From Faecousia sp. (lineage in GTDB: Bacteria; Bacillota; Clostridia; Oscillospirales; Oscillospiraceae), in assembly GCA_029257715.1 (NCBI GenBank), contig JARIAT010000036.1, positions 10,463 to 74,462 of the forward strand: a DNA stretch of 64,000 nt, written 5' to 3'. The position numbers and the translations under genes are program-made. Of the stretch, positions 57,051 to 64,000 are shown one piece after another. Position 1 is the stretch's first letter; each line of letters begins with the position of its first letter. The notes below the pieces were generated by a model that was not told the DNA's origin, did no database searches, and saw nothing but the letters and a program-made list of their open reading frames with translations.

Positions 57051-58844
57051 TTACAGGGGGGAGAAATCGCTGGCACCATGCTTGCACAGAGGGCAGATAA
57101 AGTCCTCAGGCAGCTCCTCACCTTCGTAAATATAGCCGCAGATGTTGCATACCCAGCCCTTCTTATCGGTTTGAGGCTTGGGTTTTACATCGGACTGATA
57201 ATAGGTGTAGGTCATAGTCGGCTTATCGGAGAGCACAGCACTTTCGGTTACTTCACAGATAAACATGGTGTGGGTATCGAGATCCACGGTGCTGATGACC
57301 TTTGCGGAGATATAGGCATTGGCATATTTCGTCAGGCACAGCAGACCGTTGGTCGTGCGGTGTGTGCTGGAGAATCCTTCAAATTTATCCACATCTCTGC
57401 CGGACTGGAAGCCGAACTGCTGGAACAGGGAGAAGGGGGCATCCTTGGACAGGGTGCAGACATTGAGCACACCGGTCTTTGCCGCAATCTCGCAGGAATA
57501 GTTCCGTTTGCTGATGTTGACAGCAATGCGGAAGGGCTGGTCGGTCAGCTGGGTGACGGTATTGCAGACAAAACCGTTATCCCGATTGCCGTCATTGGTA
57601 GTGACCACATACAGGCCGTAGCCGATCTTGAACATGGCGGAAGGATCGATTTTATTGGCGATTGCGGTGTCGGCAGCATGATAGTCTCCGGCCAGCTCCT
57701 GCGCCAGCTCCAGAATCTGTTCGGAGTTTTCCTTGGAGAGGGCAGAAGTGATGGTGATATGGGTTTTGGCAAACGTGATATCCTTGCAGGTTTCAAGGGT
57801 TTTGCGCATAATTTTATTTGCCTGAGGGGCCCAGGAGCCGTTTTCCATCAGAGCAACGGTTCTGTTCTGGAAGCTGCGCTCCAGCAGATGGTCGAGGAAA
57901 GTCTTCATAAAGGGGAAGATGTCACCGTTATACGTGGTGGTAGCCAGAACCAGCTTATCAAAGCTGAATGCGGCGGCCACGGCCTCAGCCATATCATCCC
58001 TGGCAAGATCGAAGCACTGTACCTGAGGAGCGCCGGCCTCCTTGAGCTGCTCACAAAGGAGCTTGACAGCGGAAGCGGTGTTGCCGTAAACGGATGTATA
58101 GCATACGCAGACACCATCCTGCTCCGGACGGTAGCTGGACCAGATGTCATAGAGATTCAGATAGTAGCCCAGATTTTCGCTGAGTACGGGACCATGGAGG
58201 GGGCAGATTGTCTGGATATCCAGATTTGCAGCCTTTTTGAGGACATTCTGTACCTGCTTGCCGTATTTACCGACGATGCCGATATAGTATCTTCTGGCCT
58301 CGGTGATCCAGTCGTCCTCCCGATCCAGCGCGCCGAACTTGCCGAAGGCATCGGCACTGAAAAGCATTTTGCTTTCCGATTCATAGGTCATAATGACTTC
58401 GGGCCAGTGAACCATGGGGGCCAGAATAAAGTGGAGAGTATGGTGACCCAGCTCCAGAGTATCGCCCTCTTTGATGGTCAGGGTATTCTCCAACTTTATG
58501 CTGTGGAAGAAATGCTGCATCATGGGGAATGTTTTCGCCTGACCGACAATGGTGACATTGGGATAGCGGTCAAGGAATGCCTTGATGGAACCTGCGTGGT
58601 CGGGCTCCATGTGCTGCACAACCAGATAGTCCGGCTGGCGATCTCCCAGAACTTCACTGATATTCAGGAGCCATTCCTCGGTCTTGTGGCGGTCGATGGT
58701 ATCCATGACGCAGATGGAATCGTCAACAATGACATAAGAATTATATGCCATGCCATTGGGCACGGGGTACTGACCTTCAAACAGGTCGATCTCGTGGTCA
58801 TTGGCACCGACATAATAAATGCTGTTGGTTACAAGCTTTTTCAT
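57051..58844 (-). CDS. multidomain flavodiiron protein (metallo-beta-lactamase + flavodoxin + flavin reductase + rubredoxin)
   Basis: Diiron ligands HMEPDH, HWPE, SADAFG and LHGP; flavodoxin TSVYGNT; flavin reductase YGLYVV, FGFQSGR and THTMF; C-terminal CNICGY...CPLC. Confidence 0.9.
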   Translation of the reverse strand: MKKLVTNSIYYVGANDHEIDLFEGQYPVPNGMAYNSYVIVDDSICVMDTIDRHKTEEWLLNISEVLGDRQPDYLVVQHMEPDHAGSIKAFLDRYPNVTIVGQAKTFPMMQHFFHSIKLENTLTIKEGDTLELGHHTLHFILAPMVHWPEVIMTYESESKMLFSADAFGKFGALDREDDWITEARRYYIGIVGKYGKQVQNVLKKAANLDIQTICPLHGPVLSENLGYYLNLYDIWSSYRPEQDGVCVCYTSVYGNTASAVKLLCEQLKEAGAPQVQCFDLARDDMAEAVAAAFSFDKLVLATTTYNGDIFPFMKTFLDHLLERSFQNRTVALMENGSWAPQANKIMRKTLETCKDITFAKTHITITSALSKENSEQILELAQELAGDYHAADTAIANKIDPSAMFKIGYGLYVVTTNDGNRDNGFVCNTVTQLTDQPFRIAVNISKRNYSCEIAAKTGVLNVCTLSKDAPFSLFQQFGFQSGRDVDKFEGFSSTHRTTNGLLCLTKYANAYISAKVISTVDLDTHTMFICEVTESAVLSDKPTMTYTYYQSDVKPKPQTDKKGWVCNICGYIYEGEELPEDFICPLCKHGASDFSPL

Positions 58845-59195
58845 TCAGGTTACCTCCTTGTTCCATGGAAAATCAATTTATATAAGTATTCTACCCAATA
58901 GTTTACCACAATTCCCGGCGGAATCCAACGAGAAAAATTGGGATTTAATGGATTTTTACACTTCTTCCGAAAAAACCGTCTGGAAAAGAGGGGAATAGGG
59001 CGATCTTTCCAAATAGAATTTCCGCACTTTTCTTTATCATAAGCGCAAAGGCAAAGCCTGTCAATTAGTAGTTTTGTTGCATAAAAAGAATTTTCTATTT
59101 TTGTGAAAAACGACAGTGGCAGCAAAAGAAAAAAGCGGATAAAATGAGCCTTACAATAAAATGCTACGCAGTTGTGCGATATATAGGAGGAACAT

Positions 59196-60002
59196 ATGGA
59201 ACAATTTTGCCGTGAAATCGGCCTTCCGGAGGAAGTGATTCGCCGGATCGTCGAAGTAAATGCTGCGCCGAATTTCAATCCCGATACGGGAAAACTCTGC
59301 CGAGCGGAAAGCTGGGAAGAGGGACTTTCGGAAGTTAAGCAGATGCTGGGGGAAGATCCTCTGGGCGATAAAATGCTCTGCGCCCAGCTCAGATGCGCCA
59401 TGAAAGCGTGGCATACCTACGAAAAGCTTGGCTTCTCTCGTAAGATTTATGTGGATACCATGAGGGCGTTCACCCGTTTTGTCGGGGAGCATCTGGTGAG
59501 TTTTGGCACGTATGGATTTGACCGTGCGTTTTGGACGGTTCGGCAGATTTCGTGCAGACTGTTTCGGATCGGTCAGCTGGAATATGAGCTGATTCATCAG
59601 GATGGCCGGCCTGTTTTGGCGCTGCATATTCCTTCTGATGCAGATCTCAGCCTTCCCGGGCTGCGGGAATCCTATGTGCAGGCCCGTCAGATTCTTGGGC
59701 AGGTATTCCCCGAATGGACAAATGCTCCGATTTACTGCCGTTCTTGGCTGCTGTCGCAGAATCTTCCGCAGCTGCTTCCGGAAAATTCCCGGATTCTTGG
59801 TTTTCAGAGGTCGTTTCGGATTACTCCTGTGCAGGAGCCGAATACAAGCGTTTTGCTGTGGGTTTTTAAAAATCGTGAAATTCCCCTGCCGCAGCTGCCG
59901 GAGGACACCTCCCTTCAGCGCAGGCTGAAGGCATTTCTGCTTTCCGGCGGTGTTTTTCTGGAAGGTGAGGGGTATTTGATAGAAGATCCCTTTTTAAGCT
60001 GA
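59196..60002 (+). CDS. DUF5596/GNAT-like acyltransferase domain protein
   Basis: LFRIGQLEYE, LHIPS, CRSWLL, SRILGFQ, WVF and TSLQR. Confidence 0.72.
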   Translation: MEQFCREIGLPEEVIRRIVEVNAAPNFNPDTGKLCRAESWEEGLSEVKQMLGEDPLGDKMLCAQLRCAMKAWHTYEKLGFSRKIYVDTMRAFTRFVGEHLVSFGTYGFDRAFWTVRQISCRLFRIGQLEYELIHQDGRPVLALHIPSDADLSLPGLRESYVQARQILGQVFPEWTNAPIYCRSWLLSQNLPQLLPENSRILGFQRSFRITPVQEPNTSVLLWVFKNREIPLPQLPEDTSLQRRLKAFLLSGGVFLEGEGYLIEDPFLS

Positions 60003-60007
60003 AAACG

Positions 60008-60036
60008 GTCCGGATTCCGTGGAATCCGGACTTTTT
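60008..60036. terminator. terminator between convergent genes
   Basis: GTCCGGATTCC-GT-GGAATCCGGAC-TTTTT. Confidence 0.75.
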
Positions 60037-60724
60037 ATTTGACACTTAGGATTTTTCCGTTGATCGAGACGGTGATGACTTCGAGCGGGATTTGGCGGGA
60101 GCAGGTGCGAAGGGCATTCTGCATGGCCATGGTCAGTCCACCGCAGCAGGGGACTTCCATCCGAACCAGTGTGATGCGTCTGATATGGTTATGGCGCAGA
60201 ATTTCTCCCAATTTTTCGGCGTAGTTGACACCGTCGAGCTTGGGGCAGCCGATGAGGGTGACTTTTCCCTGCATAAAATCCTGATGGAAGGCCCCGTAGC
60301 AGTAAGCGGTGCAGTCGGCAGCTACCAGCAGATGCGCGCCGTCAAAATAGGGCGCGTTTTCCGGCGCAAGCTGAATCTGAACGGGGAAATTGCGAAGCAT
60401 ACAGTTTTCGTTGTTTTCATTCAGATTCGGCTGCGGAATACCGCTGCATCCGGCAGAGGGCTTGGCCGGAGCGGATTTTATGTTTTTTGCCAGTTTGGCG
60501 GCGAGAACAGCGGCTTCATTGTAGGCAGGGGCCTCTCGGGTTTCAAAAGAAATGGCATTTTGGGGGCACGAGGGCAGACAGTCCCCCAGCCCGTCGCAGT
60601 AATCTTCCCGAAGAAGCTTTGCCTTGCCGTCCACAATGCCGATGGCGCCTTCATGGCAGGCATCCGCACATAGACCGCAGCCGTTGCATTTTTCTTCGTC
60701 GATGGTAATGATTTTTCGCTTCAT
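60035..60724 (-). CDS. 4Fe-4S dicluster protein with C-terminal Cys-rich domain
   Basis: CNGCGLCADACHEG, CDGLGDCLPSCP, AADC, GCPKLD and MEVPCCGG. Confidence 0.85.
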   Translation of the reverse strand: MKRKIITIDEEKCNGCGLCADACHEGAIGIVDGKAKLLREDYCDGLGDCLPSCPQNAISFETREAPAYNEAAVLAAKLAKNIKSAPAKPSAGCSGIPQPNLNENNENCMLRNFPVQIQLAPENAPYFDGAHLLVAADCTAYCYGAFHQDFMQGKVTLIGCPKLDGVNYAEKLGEILRHNHIRRITLVRMEVPCCGGLTMAMQNALRTCSRQIPLEVITVSINGKILSVK

Positions 60725-60779
60725 AGTGGAGCCTCCTTGACTTTGTAGAAACAGAATACTATACTGAAACAAAAAAGTA

Positions 60780-60795
60780 TGTTGAATTTTCAACA
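60780..60795. promoter_or_regulatory. Crp/Fnr-type operator palindrome
   Basis: TGTTGA-ATTT-TCAACA, a perfect palindrome between the divergent regulator and its likely target. Confidence 0.75.
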
Positions 60796-60807
60796 CGAGG
60801 AGAGACT

Positions 60808-61467
60808 ATGGAAGAATTTTATCCGATATTGATGGGCTGTCCGCTGTTTTCCGGCATTGAAGAGGAACATTTGTCGGGGCTGTTGCGATGTCTGGAAGCA
60901 AGAACCGTCCCGATTCGAAAAGGCCAGATGCTCTTCTCCGCAGGAGATCGGGCATCGGTTCTCGGCATTGTGCTGGAAGGCGCATTGCAGCTGATTCGGG
61001 AGGATTACGACGGAAACCGCAGCATGGTGAGTCGGATCACACCGGCAGAGGTGTTTGGGGAGAGCTATGCCTGCGCCGGGATGGAGGTTATGCCCGTCAG
61101 TGTTGTGGCGGAGGAGAACTGTGCAGTGCTGCTGGTAGACTGCCGCCGAATTGTGACAACCTGCTGCAATGCCTGCTCATTTCACAGTCAGCTTGTAAGG
61201 AATCTTCTGCATCTGGTGGCCCAGAAGAATCTGGAGCTGAATCGGAAGATGCAGATTCTTTCCCACCGCACGACCCGGGAAAAGCTGCTGGCCTATTTGC
61301 GCAGTGAGTCAAAGCGGAAGGGCAGCAGAACTTTTACGATTCCCTATGACCGGCAGGGACTTGCAGACTATCTGGAGGTGGATCGCAGCGGACTGAGCGT
61401 TGAGATTGGAAAGCTCCGAAAAACCGGAATTATCGAATGTGAAAAAAGCTGCTTCCGGCTGCTGTAA
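60808..61467 (+). CDS. Crp/Fnr-family transcriptional regulator
   Basis: PLFSGI, FGESYA, CCNACSFH, TTREKLLAYL and RQGLADYLEVDRSGLS. Confidence 0.92.
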   Translation: MEEFYPILMGCPLFSGIEEEHLSGLLRCLEARTVPIRKGQMLFSAGDRASVLGIVLEGALQLIREDYDGNRSMVSRITPAEVFGESYACAGMEVMPVSVVAEENCAVLLVDCRRIVTTCCNACSFHSQLVRNLLHLVAQKNLELNRKMQILSHRTTREKLLAYLRSESKRKGSRTFTIPYDRQGLADYLEVDRSGLSVEIGKLRKTGIIECEKSCFRLL

Positions 61468-61491
61468 TCCGGCTGCGGCCTTGAGATCCAA

Positions 61492-61521
61492 ATGCGCCCG
61501 ATCCATATGAATCGGGCGCAT
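61492..61521 (+). terminator. stem-loop/terminator
   Basis: ATGCGCCCGAT...ATCGGGCGCAT. Confidence 0.6.
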
Positions 61522-61725
61522 CGCTTTATGCCCAAAGGATTCAGAAACTTTACAATTTTAAAAAGCGTGATAAAATCGGAAAAAATCTGCGTTTCCAGAA
61601 ACTGCATATTTTTCCGATGATTAACGTGTGTATAACGGGAAAATCGGGTCAAGATATTGGTGCGGAAAGAAATCACTTCCTCCGGGAAGCGGTTCTTCCC
61701 GGAAAATGAAAAGGAGAGATTTACT

Positions 61726-61920
61726 ATGAAGAGCAACAACAAGATCAATGTTCCTGAATCCAAGGAAGCAATGGACAAGTTCAAGATGCAGGCTGCAAAT
61801 GAGGTCGGTGTCAACCTGAGCAATGGTTACAACGGCGACCTGACCTCCCGTGAAGCCGGTTCTGTGGGCGGCCAGATGGTTAAGAAGATGGTCGAGGCTT
61901 ACGAGCAGGGTCTTCAGTAA
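61726..61920 (+). CDS. alpha/beta-type small acid-soluble spore protein
   Basis: VPESKEAMDKFKMQAANEVGV...GDLTSREAGSVGGQMVKKMV; AAGGAG SD. Confidence 0.93.
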   Translation: MKSNNKINVPESKEAMDKFKMQAANEVGVNLSNGYNGDLTSREAGSVGGQMVKKMVEAYEQGLQ

Positions 61921-61930
61921 ACCAAAAAGC

Positions 61931-61952
61931 GGGGCTCCCAATCGGGAGCCCC
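61931..61952. terminator. terminator hairpin between convergent genes
   Basis: GGGGCTCCC-AATC-GGGAGCCCC. Confidence 0.75.
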
Positions 61953-61958
61953 ATCTTA

Positions 61959-62720
61959 TTACATATGGGCGCAGAAATAGCGCAGACCACATGGGGTCGG
62001 CACCTGATAAATTTTCACGCCAAAAACTTTTTGAAGATGACCGGCACAATAGAGATCTTCTGCAGTGCCTTGGGCGATGAGGGTGCCTCGCTCGAACAGC
62101 ACCAGATGATCGCCATACTGCATGGCAAGGTCCAGATCGTGCAGCACCATGACAACGGCTTTCCCCTGTCGCGCCAATTCTCGTCCCAGCTCCATTACCT
62201 GAAGCTGATGGGCGATATCGAGATAAGTTGTCGGTTCATCCAGAATGATGGTAGGTGCATCCTGCGCCAGAGCCATGGCGAGATAGACCTTCTGCCGGGT
62301 GCCGCCGGAGAGCCGGGTCATGGGCATCTGGGCCAAGTCTGCAATGCCAACCTGCCGCATGGCTTCTTCTGCGATGGCGTAGTCCTGCTTTCGATATTTG
62401 CGGGGATAGCTCAGGTGGGGGAATCGGCCGTGCAGCACCAGCCGCTCAACGGTGATGTCGGGAACTCTGCGGCTCTGGGGAAGATAGGCAATTTTTTTTG
62501 CAGTATCTGCCGATGAAAAGGTGCGAAGAGGCATTCCGTCCAGAAAAATTTCGCCGGCGGATACCTGACTCAGTCCCACAAGGCTTTTGAGAAGGGTGCT
62601 TTTTCCACAGCCATTCGGCCCCAATATAACAGTGACAGCACCCGGTTTCAGGCAGAGACTGACACCGGAGAGGATGGGGGATTTTTCATAGCCTGCGGAG
62701 ACGTTTTGGAACTCAATCAT
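61959..62720 (-). CDS. iron-siderophore/cobalamin ABC transporter ATP-binding protein
   Basis: GPNGCGKST, LSGG, ILDEPTTYLD and VLHD. Confidence 0.92.
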   Translation of the reverse strand: MIEFQNVSAGYEKSPILSGVSLCLKPGAVTVILGPNGCGKSTLLKSLVGLSQVSAGEIFLDGMPLRTFSSADTAKKIAYLPQSRRVPDITVERLVLHGRFPHLSYPRKYRKQDYAIAEEAMRQVGIADLAQMPMTRLSGGTRQKVYLAMALAQDAPTIILDEPTTYLDIAHQLQVMELGRELARQGKAVVMVLHDLDLAMQYGDHLVLFERGTLIAQGTAEDLYCAGHLQKVFGVKIYQVPTPCGLRYFCAHM

Positions 62721-63702
62721 CTCGGTGACCTCCTTTTCGATGCAGCACAAGCCACAGGAAGAACGGACCGCCCATCAGACTCATCAGAATACCGACAGGC
62801 AGTTCGTATGGAACAAAGATCATTCGGGCGGCAAGGTCGGCACCTGTGACAAAGGCTGCGCCGAGAATCGCAGAAAGCGGCAGCAGATATCGGCTTTCGC
62901 TGCCCGCAAGCTTTCGCACGGCATGGGGAATGAGCAGCCCCACAAAGCCAAGAAGTCCGCAGAAGCTGACGCTGGCACCGGAGAGCAGCGCAGCAAGTCC
63001 CAGAAAAATCATCCTCATTTTTTTGACGGGAAGCCCCAGTCCCTGAGCCGTTTCTGCCCCAAGGGATAGGATATCCAGTTCATGACAAAGGGTCATCAGC
63101 ACACCCAGAGCCAAAAGAATCAGGATTCCTGCGGGAATCAGACGAGGGTAGGAAACAGAGGAAAATCCCCCGACCCGAAAATCAGAGCTGAGAAGACCGG
63201 AGTTCGGCACGAGATTTACAATGGTTTCCGACAGTGCATTTAGAAAGCTGTTGACCGCAACACCTCCTAAAAGAACCGTGGTGCGGGAAAGACCTGCCTT
63301 CTGGGCGACCAGAGCGACAAGCATCCCGGCGCACAATGCGCCTAGAAACGATCCGGCGGCGATGACCCATCCCGAAATGGCACCGAATGCGCAGCAAATG
63401 GTGACAGCAAGACCGGCTCCGGCATTGACACCGATAATGTTGGGAGAAGCCAGCGGATTGCTCAGAACGGCTTGAATGACACATCCTGAAACGGCTAATG
63501 CGCTGCCGGCAAGTACACAGGCGGCGGTGCGGGGTAGGCGAATCAGGTAGAAAATGCGCCCGGGCAGGGTGGTGATTCCGCTTTTAATGGCTTGAGGCAG
63601 CTGGCTTAGGGTAAGTCCGGAAGCCCCCAGACAGAGACTCAGCAGGATGACACCTATCAGCAGTACAATTGCCGCCGGAAAGAGTAGATTTTTGTGTTTC
63701 AT
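62713..63702 (-). CDS. FecCD/BtuC-family ABC permease
   Basis: RLPR, NPLASPNIIGVNAGA, GFVGLLIPH and ELPVG. Confidence 0.92.
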   Translation of the reverse strand: MKHKNLLFPAAIVLLIGVILLSLCLGASGLTLSQLPQAIKSGITTLPGRIFYLIRLPRTAACVLAGSALAVSGCVIQAVLSNPLASPNIIGVNAGAGLAVTICCAFGAISGWVIAAGSFLGALCAGMLVALVAQKAGLSRTTVLLGGVAVNSFLNALSETIVNLVPNSGLLSSDFRVGGFSSVSYPRLIPAGILILLALGVLMTLCHELDILSLGAETAQGLGLPVKKMRMIFLGLAALLSGASVSFCGLLGFVGLLIPHAVRKLAGSESRYLLPLSAILGAAFVTGADLAARMIFVPYELPVGILMSLMGGPFFLWLVLHRKGGHRDD

Positions 63703-64000
63703 TGGGCTTCGGAGAGAATCTGCTCCAGCTGCTCATAGGACTGTCCCCACAGAGCGTTGGGTTTCAGATTAAAAAGACGCTTTTCAAGGATCATCACGCG
63801 GTCGTTTTTGACGGCACTCAGCTCCTGCCATGCAGGATTTTCCTGAATAAACTGGTCGAGCGCGGCCTGTGCGCCCTGAGCATCGTCCCCCTGCTGGACG
63901 AGGAAAATATAGTCGGGGTCCTGGACCAGAATATGCTCCATGCTGAGATCCTCCAGAAGCGTTTTGTCGGAATCGGCAATGTTGATACAGCCAAGATCTG
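63699..64000 (-). CDS. class III (iron/cobalamin-type) ABC substrate-binding protein, 3' part
   Basis: LSMEHILVQDPDYIF and NPAWQELSAVKNDRV; runs off the window edge. Confidence 0.8.
   Translation of the reverse strand, partial: DLGCINIADSDKTLLEDLSMEHILVQDPDYIFLVQQGDDAQGAQAALDQFIQENPAWQELSAVKNDRVMILEKRLFNLKPNALWGQSYEQLEQILSEAQ

Noticed and set aside
58878-58894. PerR/Fur-like box upstream of the flavodiiron gene
   Set aside because: Only a partial match (about 10 of 14 positions) in AT-rich DNA overlapping a likely -10 element; not distinguishable from chance.
56997-58901. 634-aa ORF antisense to the flavodiiron gene
   Set aside because: Shadow ORF; the minus-strand protein has all the expected motifs.
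61630-61656. Forespore sigma-G/F promoter for the SASP gene (GTATA...GGTCAAGATA)
   Set aside because: Biologically expected, but the spacing does not fit the consensus I know well enough to call.

Overview
64 kb of chromosomal DNA from an anaerobic, spore-forming Clostridia-class Firmicute; the genes present (spoIIP, an alpha/beta SASP, hrcA with a CIRCE element) and the moderate-GC style suggest a gut Oscillospiraceae-like organism (inference). From left to right the window holds: a partial Trk/Ktr K+ transporter; a fluoride riboswitch driving an NHA/SLC9B-like cation:proton antiporter; a dipeptidase plus tandem-duplicated DUF819 transporters; an orphan structured RNA; a nucleotidyltransferase; a Wzy-dependent capsule/EPS locus rich in modifying enzymes; spoIIP-tadA; a small XRE/sigma-region-4 switch-like cassette; hrcA-grpE-dnaK-dnaJ; dCMP deaminase; a ~14.7 kb peptidoglycan-sugar salvage locus (NahK-like kinase, BadF kinase, NagZ, NamZ, AnmK, esterase, MurQ, PIG-L deacetylase, tandem GNAT, ABC importer, MurR, YesL); degV-cls-DUF2974; a ydjIGH-like SPFH/Zn-ribbon/TPM operon; a tandem structured repeat; a four-domain flavodiiron protein; a Crp/Fnr-ferredoxin pair; SASP; and an iron/cobalamin-type ABC importer. 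I found no CRISPR array, rRNA, tRNA, integrase or transposase. All family calls come from recognised motifs, not database searches. The best candidates for new biology are the peptidoglycan-foraging locus with its acyl-editing enzymes, the pyruvyltransferase + FrhB-like pair (a possible lactyl-ether synthase for capsule), the fluoride-regulated SLC9B-like antiporter, and several unexplained structured non-coding elements.
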